A stretch of 64,000 nt of DNA from Octopus vulgaris (GCA_951406725.2 OX597815.1:98518001-98582000); one strand, 5' to 3'; shown: positions 13,559 through 26,556, counted from the first letter of the stretch. The notes: generated by a model from the sequence alone, not told the origin. Numbers and translations: made by a program.

Positions 13559-13855
13559 TGTATCTCCTCCATTTACTTTTTTGCCGTATAAATTGAGGGT
13601 AAACAACTTTTTACCCCCGCCTATATTTGATACTCGATTGCGAAATTGTCACGCAATAACCAGCGCTGGGGTATGGATAATTGGGCACGCTACCATCAGT
13701 GTTATTGGATAGGTACAATCCCTTAGTTGGTTGGGTTCCTAACCTCTAACTCTTTACGGAAATATATATAGATATATATTATATATACATGGGTATCTGT
13801 GTGCGCGCGTGCGGTGTATGTGTGTGTGTCTATGTATGTACGTATGTGTGTGTGT

Positions 13856-13975
13856 GAGCTTCCCAGCCACATGGTTACCGCTCAGGTAAAATGTATTCTA
13901 CTAAATCCTCACGCCGACTAAAGTCTTGTGAATGAAATTGATACGTGGAAACTGGAATAAGCACTTCGTATAGTG
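13856..13975 (+). mobile_element. Degraded SINE (family C)
   Basis: Shares CCTCACGCCGAC and AAGCACTTCGTATAGT with 12683-12805. Confidence 0.65.
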
Positions 13976-14094
<119 letters not shown>

Positions 14095-14166
14095 ATATAT
14101 ATATACACTATACGATGTGCTTATTAAATAAAGTATATATATATATATATATATGAGGTGATTAAT

Positions 14167-14358
14167 ATCAAAATCAGCAACAAGGATATCCATAGGTAAT
14201 GCAGCACGATCGTTTCATGTGACTTCCTTTAATTGAACAATGCAATCATTTCACATTTTAAATTGATGTAATGAAAGGATTGCATTGTTCAATTAAATGG
14301 AGTCGCATGAAATCATCGTACTGCCTTACCTCTGGATGTCCTGGTTGCTTACTTTGAT
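14167..14358. repeat. Imperfect ~190-bp palindrome
   Basis: 14167-14253 is the reverse complement of 14272-14358 with scattered substitutions; (TA)n on both sides. Confidence 0.85.
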
Positions 14359-14599
14359 TATATGTATATATACATGTGGGGGGAGGGGGAAATGAAATTA
14401 TATATATATATGGGTAACTTTGTGCGCACGTGCGGTGTGTGTGTGTATGTGTCCTCACGCGTTTTTGTGATTGTGAGGGTGTGCGCACGCATGTATGTGA
14501 AAATGCACTACACACCACAAACGCAAACACAAATATGTACGATAATACATCCTACAATCATACTCACACATATATTTTATTGTACGCTCTTAATTGTGC

Positions 14600-14851
14600 A
14601 TGTACATATATACTGATCACAGTGACCGGTATATATGTACCAGTAAGCTACACGGTGTAAGCCATTCGTTTTATTTTCCATTATATATATATATCTTTCC
14701 TTGTTTCCCTCATTGTTTTTTCTGTGTCCCTTTCTATAGAAGAGCGTAGACTCGAAACGAAAAAGACTTTTTCTCTTCCTGAGCGTTATACTAATACATC
14801 TGTTTGTTTTGTACACCACCTGTCTTCGTCTAATTTTTTTTCTTAAACTCT

Positions 14852-14855
<4 letters not shown>
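14600..14855 (+). mobile_element. PLE pLTR-like fragment with degenerate minimal HHR (14731-14767)
   Basis: TTT-CTATAGA-A-GAG CGTAGA CTC-GAAACG-AAAAAG followed by CTTCCTGAGCGT, as in the 31297-31500 element. Confidence 0.55.
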
Positions 14856-14899
<44 letters not shown>

Positions 14900-14902
<3 letters not shown>

Positions 14903-16865
14903 TGTTAAGAAAAGAAAATATAAAATACACGTGGAAATGTAAGGCTAACATTTGAAAACTCAATGAAATTGCACATTGCAAATAAAAAAAAGGCTATTTA
15001 TGACAGGTAACAACAAATATATACATTTAGATTGACTGAGGTAGTAATACGAGTCATAAAAGTCATTATTATGAAATGGTTATAAGATAATAATAAAGTA
15101 AGAGAACAAAATGGACCATGGTTCACGCAAAGCTATTCATTGTTTGAACAACACCGGTTAATACACGATGTCAAGTCTAATAGTTCCTGAGAAAAAAGAT
15201 TATTTGTAAGGGAGGTAAGTAGTTCTGGATTTAGAGATGTGAGTAGTGAAGGAAGTATATAGAGGTTAGTGGTTTTAATTGAAGAGTTAGTGGTGTTCTG
15301 TATTGAGTTGTGTGTTCATGTTTAGTTGGGGCAGAAATTTATTGATGAAAAATGCCTCTTTATTCAACCTTTGTTGCATTGTGTTGTTCTGTGAACATTG
15401 GTAAAAGGGAAATATTTGGAAATTGGGGTTAAGATTCCTGGCACATCTTTCTATATGTTCACTCACCTTTAACTGTCTGTATTGTGGGTGACGGATTTGC
15501 TCTTTGTGAATGGTGATTCTTTGACGGAGCGAAATTCCTGTTTGTCCAATATAGAGTTTACAGCATCCTATGCATGTCATGACATAGATTACATTTACTG
15601 AGGCGCAGGTGAAATTTGATTTGATCTTAAATATTTCTCCTTGTTTGAATTGGAATTCTGAACCCTCCAGAAGGTGGGGGCATGTTCCACAGTTAGAACG
15701 TCCACATTTTGTCACTTTTAGCTCTGTTGTTGGTGGATACAGTCTAGCGCTGGTTAATATTTTTTTCAGTGACTTCGGTTGCTTTTTGCTTTTTATAATT
15801 TTATATAAGTTTAAAATTTCGTTCATTGTTTTGTCTGTTGTGAGGATGGGAAGGTTTTAGGTGATGATGTTGAAGGTTATGTGTGGAAATGTACGGGAGT
15901 ATTTTTAAGTCTTGTTTAGTATTTCGGCTAGTTTTCCTTAACCTCTGTATCTCTATTTCCTTAGCTCTTTTAATACCTTCATTTACTAATGAGATTGGGT
16001 AATGTCTTTTAGTTAGTGTAGATCTAAGTTCAAGAAGTCTATGTTCTCGAGTGTATGTATCGGAAACTATGGTGCAGATTCTTTGTGCTAGGTAAAAGGG
16101 TATGTTGATTTTTATGTGTTTGGGGTGACAGGAGTTAAGTAATAGGTATTGTTTAGAATCTGTAGGTTTATAAAAGATGTCTGTTTCTATGTGGTTGTTA
16201 ACTATTCTAATTAAGATGTCTTGAAAAGGGAGTTGCTTACTGTTGTGTTCCATAGTGAATTGTATTTTGCTGTGTATGTTGTTGAGCATTCTTTTGAAGT
16301 CAAGGAGTTGATCCATGATGTCTTTCCAAAGTATGAAGCAATCATCTAAATATCTCTTCCAGTTCTCCTTTAAGTAGCAATTAAAAGAGGCGCCATATTT
16401 TTCTAGTGATGATTGGTATAACTTAAGTTCGTGGTAACCCATTACGAGGTTTACAATCACTGGAGCAGCTCTGGTCCCCATTGCAATTCCGCACTCTGTC
16501 GATAGTAAGTAGTATCGAACAAGAAATGATTGTTCAACAGGACGAATTTCAGTGCTTCAATTATAAAATTGTGGCTAATTCGTCCTGGAATCTCTTCTGG
16601 GTATTTTTCTAGCCAAAATGTGATTGCTTCTATACCATAGTCGTGTGGGATATTAGTGTGTAGATTCACCACATCGAAAGATACCAGTAGTGTTCCGTCC
16701 ATTACTGTCTTCGGGAGGTGGTTCAGCATGTCTAGGTCATCCTTGATATAGCTTTTCACATATTATAAAAGAGGTTTGAGTAATATGTCGAGGAAGTTAC
16801 TCAAACAGTGGGTTTCGCAAGCAGGGCCAGCTATGATGGGTCTGAGTTTGAAGTCAGACATATTC
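14900..16865 (-). mobile_element. Penelope-like retroelement (RT + GIY-YIG endonuclease), 5'-truncated, frameshifted; Neptune-like
   Basis: LRPIIAG, SFDVVNLHTNIP, MGTRAAP, RYLDD, DIFYKPTD, linker CGRSNCGTC, NVIYVMTCIGCCKLYIGQT (GIY-YIG); split across ORFs 16457-16759, 15801-16481, 15287-15826, plus an in-frame TAA near 16764. The 3' limit (14900) is approximate. Confidence 0.95.
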
Positions 16866-16899
16866 GTAAACATCAAGGTTCGCCCGTGTTGGTAGAAGA

Positions 16900-17012
16900 A
16901 TGGGGCCTATAGAATATATACGGGGAAATGTTTGATCGACAAAAGCCCTTCAATGCGTTGCTCAGCATGGCCGCTATCAAATGACTGAAACAGGTAAAAG
17001 ATAAAACAAGAA
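16900..17012 (+). mobile_element. SINE 3' fragment (family B)
   Basis: CAGCATGGCCGCTATCAAATGACTGAAACAGGTAAAAGATAAAA. Confidence 0.7.
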
Positions 17013-17069
<57 letters not shown>

Positions 17070-17785
17070 CATACATATCAGGAGATCAGGAGTTCTGGTA
17101 TGTATGTATATATATATATATAACCACTCGGAAGGCCTCCACGACGGTGGAGTTACGATTTCAGGAGGGCGATTGGGATCACGTAGATCAGAAAGGCGCG
17201 GTCCAGAGAGGACTGGACAGCGTGCTGTGACCAGCGGTGTCAAAAGTACGCCCGACGGACTAGTTGGTCAAGGAGAAAGTGATATACATATCAATATATA
17301 TCGATATATATATATATGTATATGTATATATACACACATACATATATATGCGTGCCTGTGTGCGCGCGTGCGCGTTTGTGCGTGTATGTGTGCGTGCGTG
17401 AGCCCACACGTTTGTATGAGTATGCGTGTGTGCACACGCCTGTATGTGAACATGCACCACATGCAACAAACCGAAGCACATATACTTATCATTGTATAGA
17501 GGATGACAAAATATTTGTTTACGTACAGAAATCCAAAACAGTTAAACTTCAACAAATATATACACGCACAAATAAGAGCGTACGATCAAATATATGTGTA
17601 AGTATGAATGTAGGTTGTATGTATATATGTTAATCGATAGAAATATTGTGTATAGATCAGTCATTGGGCAATTGTTTAGTCTTCAGTAAATACTTCGTTG
17701 CATATCTTACACATTAGCATTGATCAAATAGTATGACTGTTTAAGTACGAGTCTCTGTCTCTCTCTCTCTCTTTGTCTATCTCTC

Positions 17786-17859
<74 letters not shown>

Positions 17860-17893
17860 TACATATATACATATATGCATATATATATACATG

Positions 17894-17943
<50 letters not shown>

Positions 17944-17978
17944 CATATATACATACATACATACACACACACACACAG

Positions 17979-18017
<39 letters not shown>

Positions 18018-18782
18018 CAGACATATGCGTTTTGGTATGCGTGATTTTGCAAACGTATGTACAGAAGGATTTAAAAATAAATCTAGTTTCGTGCCCACGT
18101 ATATTAGGAACAGTAACACACGCACACACAAACACATATATATGTATTTATATATATGCACATGCGTACATATATGTATATTATCTGTGTGTGCGTATGT
18201 TTGTGTATTGGTATGCATCTTTCGTTTTCACTTATATGCAAGACAACAACAAAAAACCAAATAAATCAAAAGAAAGAAAGATCCATTTCGGCGTCTCTAT
18301 TGAAAGTTGGCATGTTGATTTCTACAGAAACTATCTGTTACCACAACAGGAGGTGTGTAAATTTCTTTGATCAGAATTCTCGCTGAGTCTCTAACCTTTG
18401 TTATTAACGCTAATTTAGTGAATGCATTCAGTGTGTAATAGCTGATGTACAACACAAGACAAAAATCTTCAAGAAAACGCAATGATAACAATAGCAAGGT
18501 GTGAAAGGATGTATTGGAATAAATACACAACAGATAGAGCATGATTCTGAAGTAGTTTGATTGTGAGAGAGAGACTGTACGTAAGAGATAGAGATCGAGC
18601 GGTTTCAGAGAAAAGGAGAATATGTCAATATTTTCAATACGTTTCTCTGTGACTGTAGTGTATGTATACACACACTCACATACATGCACACACATATATG
18701 TATACATTCACATATACGTATACATACACATATATGTGTGTATACATGTCTGCATGAGTGTATATATGTATCTGTCTGTCTC

Positions 18783-18877
<95 letters not shown>

Positions 18878-20002
18878 ATATGTATGTATGTATATGTATG
18901 TATGTATGTATGTATGTATATGTGCATATATATATATATATACACACAGACACACATATGTATATATAGTCTGTGTTTATGTGTGCATATGTTCATTTTA
19001 AGTCGTGAACTGGAGAGAGAAAGTGCAATGAGCGACAGGGAAACGGAAAATTAACTAAGTAGAAAAGAAGAAAATAATATTGACGAAAAATCGCTGTCCC
19101 TTCTCGTTTCTACCTCGCTACATTATCTCTCAGTGTGTTGTGTATGTAAGTATGTGAGTGTGATCGCATGTGTGCATGCATATACGTGTGTATAGATCCG
19201 AAGAGAGTGAGAATGAAGTATCCATAAAATGACCTATCACTGACAATATTGTATAATAATTCTGCTTGTCATTGCGTTACTTAACCCGTCGGTAACGCTT
19301 TCACGTGATTAGAGAAAAAGAGGGGAAAGAAAAGAGAGAGAGAAAAGAAAAGAGGATACGGTGAAGAGAGACAGAAAGAATGAGAGAGCGAGAATCGTCT
19401 ATGACGTGATGTAGGGGGAGAGGGGGAGGGGAGAGAGTGAGGGGAGAGAGAGGCGTTGATGGTAGTGGTTGTAGTTGTTGTGGTGGTAGCTGCAGTGGTT
19501 GTGGTTGCGGTGGTGGTTGTGGTGGTGGTGGTGGTGGTGGTGATGGTGATTGGATAGTGAAAATTGTATTTTTTAAAAACTCGGTCTAAGGTTTTATATC
19601 ACCAACCACATAACGTATGCGCATCAGTGCAATTCCGTGAAATATTCACGCTTGTTTACGTGGCAGATGTATGCAATTTAACTAAAAGTTGTGTCATATA
19701 TACGGGATTTTTTTGTTTGTTTATGAGGGAAATGGAAAAATGAGAGTGAATATTTATTTTAAGAGTGCTGTGTATTAAGTCAATAAAATTGTGCATAATG
19801 TGTGTATATATAAAGTGCATTAAATAATCATTGCATTCCAGTTTCTTTCACTTTTCAATGAGTAGCAGATGAGCGACACTCTTTCCATATAGACACAACA
19901 TAGGCGATGCTTTCGAGTACTTCTCATACAGTTTTCAGAAATAACCCAATAAGATTACCATTAATTCCGTGAAACATTCGCAGTCCCGCTAGTATACGTT
20001 AA

Positions 20003-20036
20003 TCTCTACATATATATGAAACTGAGAATGTGTAGG

Positions 20037-20103
<67 letters not shown>

Positions 20104-21147
20104 GTGTTTCCCTAAAACTTGAGAACTACACAACCAATTTCATTCAAATTTTACACATGCCTTACTTAGGGTCCGGGGAGTGTCATCAGCAAAAAACATT
20201 TTAAACTTTTTTCCTAGGGCGAGCCCACAGTAATATCATATCTTCTCCACTATGATTCCCTAAAACTTGAGAACTACACAACCAATTTCATTCAAATTTT
20301 ACACATGCCCTACTTAGGGTCCATGTAGTTTCATGGGTAAAAAAATGTTCAACTTCTTGCTTAGGGCGAGCCCATAGCAATATCATATCTTCTCCACTTT
20401 TTCAGTATTACGTGTTAAAAGTGAAACAAAACATTTCTCTATTTTATGTCAGATACTTTCACTTTAACAATAAAAATTAGAGATAATAATAACAATTGAA
20501 TTATATGTAGTAAGTAATAATTAAAATCAAACTAAAGAATAATATAATAATTAAATCGTAACATAACAATTAAAAGTAAAAATAGCAATTGGTATAAAAT
20601 TGCATAAATGACTTGAACTTGTATAAGTTGTTTCACATGAATGGGAATAAATTAAAAGTAAAATTAGTGTGCAGAAATGGAATAGTCCAGATGGAGCTGT
20701 GCACATACCCTTTACCACGGCTTTTACATTAGATTATCTGCTAAATAGCTAGCATTAAGTATCTATATGAAGTTTGGCCGTATATAATGTCTGTTTTCTC
20801 GAACCTTGCAAAGTGGAAATATTTTATTTTTACCTTTATATCTGGGACGCAGGACGTCCCGGATAAAAATTTAAAATTTCCCCCCAGAACTAGAGGTAGG
20901 CTGGATTGTAGCCATACTTCTATACAAGAGGGAGGACAAGATGCAATTGATCGAAATTGCAAGAGACGGGCCTAAAATTCCAGTCTGTTATATATTTTGA
21001 GTATTGTTATCACTAGCGATATCAAGATATAACTTTGTATTTTGTATTTTTTCTGTGTAGATGTATATATATAGATGTACATGTAATATGTACACATATA
21101 TACATACACTAGCACTATGACCCGGCAACGTCGGGTCATACTGCTAG
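20003..21147 (+). mobile_element. Non-autonomous Helitron
   Basis: A|TC start at 20003 (TCTCTACATATATATGAAA), (TCTG)n near the 5' end, internal 148-bp tandem duplication (20108/20256), 3' hairpin TATGACCCGGC-AAC-GTCGGGTCATA then CTAG|T at 21144-21148; no TSD. Confidence 0.75.
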
Positions 21148-21475
21148 TATATTTATATTGATGAATTTCATTAAATTGTGTTCAATTTTTATCCTTTTTT
21201 CTTTTTCTTTTTGTCCCAGATCTTTCACATTCTAACATCGGTTTTTGCACATAGTTTGGATCAATAAAATTCATAAAGCCAATCTGCTGATGACCAACAT
21301 AATCTACAAATTAGATTGTAAACTGAAAGCTGGAAATTTATGGACTTTGGTTGCTACCCAAGCTGGAAATATTTAAAAAAAACATTATTTAATAGTCTCA
21401 CTATGCATTTACGGCAACCAACTTAAAGCCAATTTCGCAAGAAAATATTAGATGTTAATATTAAGAGCTTTTTAA

Positions 21476-22030
21476 GGTGGTGAGCTGGCAGAAACGCTAG
21501 CACGCCGCGCAAAATGCTTAGCGGTATTTCGTCTGCCGTTACGTTCCGAGTTCAAACTCCGCCGAGGACGATGAAATAAGTACCAGTTACGCACTGCGGT
21601 CGATATAATCGACTTAATCCGTTTTTCTGTCTTTGTTTGTCCTCTCTGAGTTTAGACCCTCGTGGGTAGTAAAGAAATAGGTATTTCGTCTTCCACTACG
21701 TTCTGAGTTTAAATTCCGCCGAGCTCGACTTTGCTTTTCATCCTTTCGGGGTCGATTAAATAAGTACCAGTTATGCACTGGGGTCGATATAATCGACTTA
21801 ATCCGTCTGTCTGTCTGTCCTTGTTCGTCCCATCTTTGTTTAGCCCCTTGTAGGTAGTAAAGAAATAGGTATTTCGTCTTCTCTTCGTTCTGAGTTCAAA
21901 TTCCCTCGAGGTCAACTTTGCATTTCATCTTTTCGTGGTCGATAAATTAAGTAGCAGTTGCGCACTGGGGTCGATCTAGTCAACTGATCCCCTCCCCAAA
22001 ATTTTGGGCCTTGTACCTAGAGTAGAAAAG
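21476..22030 (+). mobile_element. Composite tRNA-derived SINE (family A), three core units
   Basis: Head GGTGGTGAGCTGGCAGAAAC, B box GAGTTCAAA, repeated core GTCGACTTTGCNTTTCATCCTTTCGGGGTCGAT...AAGTACCAG. Confidence 0.9.
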
Positions 22031-22044
22031 TATGTTTGAGTGCT

Positions 22045-22460
22045 TTTATCTTTTACTTGATTCAGTCATTAAATTGCGGCCATGCTGGTGCACAGCTTTG
22101 GAGAGTTTTTAGTCGAATGAATCGACTCCGGTACTTATTTTTTTAAAGCGTGGTACTTAATCTATGTCCTTCTTTTATCGAACTGCTAAGCCACTTGGAC
22201 TTAAACACACCAACACCGGTTGTAATGCGGTGGTGGATACCAATATAGATATAAACACACACAGACACACAAACACACATACACACATATATATATATGT
22301 GTGTGTGTGCGTGACGGGCTCCTTTCATTTTCCGTCTAACAAATCTACTCACAAGGCTTTGGTCGACCTGAGGCTATATTACAAACACCCGCTGAAGGTG
22401 CCACACAGTGGGTCTGAAATCGGAAACATGGGGTTGAGAAGCAAGCTTCTCACCACGCAC
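22045..22460 (-). mobile_element. Composite SINE: family C + microsatellite + family B
   Basis: Same module order as 54435-54830. Confidence 0.8.
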
Positions 22461-22999
22461 AGATACCTCGTTACAAAAGTATAAGATTAACCATAGAATC
22501 TCTAAGCATGCAAATAACGCACACATAACAAAAGAATTGATGCGTGATATGAAATCTTGTGGTCTAATAATTACAAATAATAAAATAAAATTACGCGTGA
22601 CAGTTGAGTTGGAAGTTCAGTGGTCAAAAATAGTTTAGTGGAAAATCGACAAGATTTTGACTCGTATATAAGAGGTCCTCTAGATACACAATCTATTTCA
22701 CTTCTTGAAAATGTGACACATGTAAAAGTTTTCTCCAGTGTTTATCTGCAAATTATTTCTCCTTCAGTTCCCACCCAGTCCCATGTTTTTTCTCTCTCTT
22801 TCCAGTTAGACCATCATGCCGATTTATAGTAGCTTATCTTTCGACTTATTTTAGAACATGGTTGAGTCCATAAAATAGGATTTGACTACACCTCCATTTA
22901 GAGCACAGTTTAAGCTATCTTTTCGTGGAAGAAGGTTTATGTTCCTATAATCTGTGTTAATTCTGTAACCCTTTAAAAGTTCATTTTCGACACTTGATG

Positions 23000-23283
23000 A
23001 TTTGGGAACCAGACAAAAATTACTGCAGCTTGGCTGGGATGTGTTACCAGATATTCACCAGATATTGCTCCTTCGGATTTCCACTTATTCAGTAAAAATT
23101 TCAATGCCTTGAATGACGTAAAAAGAATTCTTTTCCATGAAACCACCTCAATTCCGGGAAGAGGGTATTTTCATTGTGCAACAAAATGTTTCATATTTGG
23201 TTGATTAAAAATGTAAAGGCAAGTATTTATTGACCGTTTCCTTTTCTTTAAAAATCGGCACGAACTTTCCGGACAACCCAATA
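23000..23283 (+). mobile_element. Mariner transposon 3' remnant with TIR
   Basis: TRQKLLQLGWDVLP...YSPDIAPSDFHLF motif; ends AAAATCGGCACGAACTTTCCGGACAACCCAA followed by TA. Confidence 0.85.
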
Positions 23284-23559
23284 AAAACTAAGGAAAGCTT
23301 CTAACAATGCAGAAAGTTTTCAAAGTCTTTTAAATTTCAGGCACCACAGATCTATGTAAATACACATTTCTTTGACTGTATCCTCCTGAAGATAATCCTG
23401 TGCGCCATGTGTAAAAAGATTTTTTTAAACCTTCTATACTGTAAGAAGCTTTCCTTATTTCATTAATTATTCTATTTTTAAATAAATATTTTCACCGTTT
23501 TATCTCTTTTAATTCTTTCGTTCTCTCTCTCTTCTTCAGTGTTTTTGTTTTTACCTTTT

Positions 23560-24055
23560 CTTTCACCTTTTCATCTGGACTGAAACAAATACACCCCTCG
23601 ACCATACTCATTCCTCTCACACACAATACGGTTACACCTAGGCACTATTTCCCACATTCCCGACTATCCTACTCCACTGCCCTCCTATACTTGTTGACCT
23701 CCACACATGTAAGCACACCTCAAAAAAAAAAAAACGCAACCCAAATCACCACACACACATATCCCACCTATGCACATCGCATTTCGCGGACAACCTACTA
23801 TACATACTACTATGCACCATACTGCATACATCTCCATTTCTAACTCTCAAGGAAACTGCCTTTCCACCTGGCCACAATTCGTTTACTTTTACTTTCTTTC
23901 CAGCCGCCTATTTTCTTCCTTATATTTTCCCCATATTTATTAATATTGTTTTTGTGATAAAGGACTAGTGTTAAAAACGTCAAGATCGTCACTCTTCTTT
24001 TAATACACCTGTTAAAACTTGTTTATCTCGTGTTGCCTTCTTTTTTTATTTGCTC
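23560..24055 (+). mobile_element. Possible degraded PLE 3'/pLTR remnant with decayed HHR (23950-23986)
   Basis: C/A-rich trailer then GTGATAA-AGGACTAGTGTTA-AAAACGTC; layout parallels 31297-31830 and 60030-60560. Confidence 0.35.
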
Positions 24056-24794
24056 ATTGCCAAATACTTATATATGTGTGTGTGTTTGTGTGTGCTTGTA
24101 TAACTGTATATGTTTGTGTTGTGTGTGTGTGTGCATGAATATATGTATATATGTGTGTAACTCTATGTACATTTATATGTATATAAATATATGTTTGTGC
24201 GCGTAAACACCAGCATAAAATGAGACAAATACAACGATATAGACCGGGTATGTTTATGTCACTTGATAATCTAAATGAACTTCGTATCATTTCAAATTCG
24301 TAGGCCTCTCTTCAGTCAAAAGTCAGGTTCCCTCTTTACTCACAAATATATTCACAACAAAGTGTCCATGCACTCACACTTCAAATCAATGTAACTGCGG
24401 TTTCTGACGAGTTAGAAGATTTACAATCTTACATTTTAGGTAGTGTATGCACTACTTCGACTTACAGTTTACTACTGACTGGTATTTCTAGTAATCGAGT
24501 AAATTTACTATGGATATTCTGAGTTACTATATCGAAGATTCTACGGTAATCTGGACTATTAAATTTTACTCTGTATTTGTGTTCTTTATTTACTTCACAT
24601 TGAAGAAAAATTCCCCCTTTCGTTGGTACTAATGTGATTTAACTTAGTGATTTAACATAGTGTAGTATTTAAATCTACATTTTAACTTTGATTTAACTTC
24701 ATTTAATAGTTATTAACCTATTAATAATTTACCCCTCTTTTTAAAATTACAGTAAATTCAAATTATTCACCTTTAATATACAAAATTTCAAATC

Positions 24795-24932
24795 CAATGA
24801 TATTCACATTATTTACATTATTTACAAGTGACGGATATTTGTCCTCATCTTGTTTGTTGTTAACAACGTTTCGGTTGATATACCCTCCAGCCTTCATCAG
24901 GTGTCTTGGGGGAAATTTCAGCCGAAACGTTG
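24795..24932 (-). ncRNA. Short repeat carrying a minimal hammerhead motif (24860-24906)
   Basis: Minus strand: GACAC-CTGATGA-A-GGCTG...CAACC-GAAACGTT; palindromic helix III AACGTT; helix I only 2 bp in this copy. Confidence 0.65.
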
Positions 24933-26540
24933 GCTATTGTGAATCTATATCACTATTCAACAAGGCCAAAGATAATCATTGTTGGTCTTTACAGGCCTCC
25001 CCAAGCACCTCTAAAGTGCTTTGAAGAGTGCCTAAAAAAAAAACGAGTCCTTCTTTCAAAAATACAACTCCGGAAACATACTAGTGATGGGGGATTGTAA
25101 CCTCCCTCATATAAACAGGCCCACAAATACTCTGAAGTTAGGCATATGCTCTACATCAGATAAAGCAGCAGCAGAATTACTCTTTAATCTAATGGATAAA
25201 TTCTTCTTGACTCAGCTAGTGCTCGAACCAGCAAGACAGAATAAAACGATCTTGGATAGCTGGCTTTCTGGAGACTCACAAACTCTTAAATGCAAATCAG
25301 CATGGCTTTCACTGTGGCTGGGAGTGTATAACAGAGCTCTTACACCAAATTGAAGATATACTTAAAGCTTTGGGAACAGGTTCGAAATATGATGTCATAT
25401 ATCTTGACTTCAGTAAAGCGTTCGACAGGGTTGAACATAATATCTTACTCTCAAAATTGGCGAATGTTGGAATCCGTCGAAAACTTCTACACTGGATTAA
25501 GTATTTCCTGGCGAATAGAACACAACATGTTGTAGTCGATGGAGTCCACTCAAGCCCAGAAAAAATCACCAGTGGTGTCCCTCAGGGCCCGCTCCTCTTT
25601 ATTATTTACATAAATGAACTTTCCAGCGTCGTAAATCGCTGCAAAGTGAAAATATTTGCTGATGACATTAAGCTCCAGCAAATCATCAATAAAGAAGAAG
25701 ACCGAACTCAACTCCAGTCTGATCTATATGATGTGAGTCAATGGGCAGACAAAAACAAAATGCAACTGAACGACGGAAAATTTGAGCTGATTCATTTTGG
25801 AAAAAAGTCTATACTAAAACAGCTATAATCTCTTATTTCAGGGAAACCGATCACAGCATCTAACAATATCAGAGACCTGGGTGTAATTGTTGATAATAAT
25901 CTCAGTTGGTGTGCCCACATCAACAATAAGGTCGATATAGCTCGTAGGATGAGCTCCTGGATCTTAAGAACCTTCTGGTGTCATCAGAGAACAAGGTGTC
26001 ATCACTCCACTTTTCTCCTCCTTTGTACGGCCCCACCTCGAATGCTGCTGCCCTCGTGGTCTCCCCGTACAAAAGAAAACATCTCGAGGCTATTTAGTAA
26101 GTGCCAAAGGGCACTCACTAAACGAATTGAAGGCATGACTGATCTCGATTATTGGGACCGCCTTAGAGCCTTGAAATTATATTCTCTCCGGCGCCGCCGC
26201 GAGCGGTACATCATTTGTACGATGTGGAGAATATACCGCAAGCATTGCCCAAACGACCTGAACATTAGTTTCAACGTTCATCCAAGGCTGGGACCACAGG
26301 CCATACTTCCCCTGCCCAATTCAGGATCACAGCACATAGGTACACTGCGAAATATTTTCAACAGACCCTGCCCTGTTTAACATTGTCCCGAAAGAGATCA
26401 AAGAGGAAAAGGATTCCACCACCTTTAAACGGAGCCTGGACAGATTTCTTCAAGGAATACCGGATACGCCACCCATACCTGGATTCAACTCACTTAACAA
26501 GAACTCACTACTTGAATGGATCATAAAAAACTTGACTTAA
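24933..26540 (+). mobile_element. CR1/L2-group LINE, internally deleted ORF2 remnant
   Basis: APE motifs IIVGLYRPP and MGDCNLPHI; RT motifs YLDFSKAFDRV, SGVPQG, FADDIKL, RDLGVIVD; C-terminal LRRRRERY; EN joins RT directly near 25260. Confidence 0.92.
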
Positions 26541-26556
26541 TAAGCTACTCCTACGC

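Noticed and set aside
19240-19680. Host promoter or first exon (CACGTG, TGACGT, GA- and GGT-rich)
   Set aside because: Short motifs only; no supportable exon or start site.
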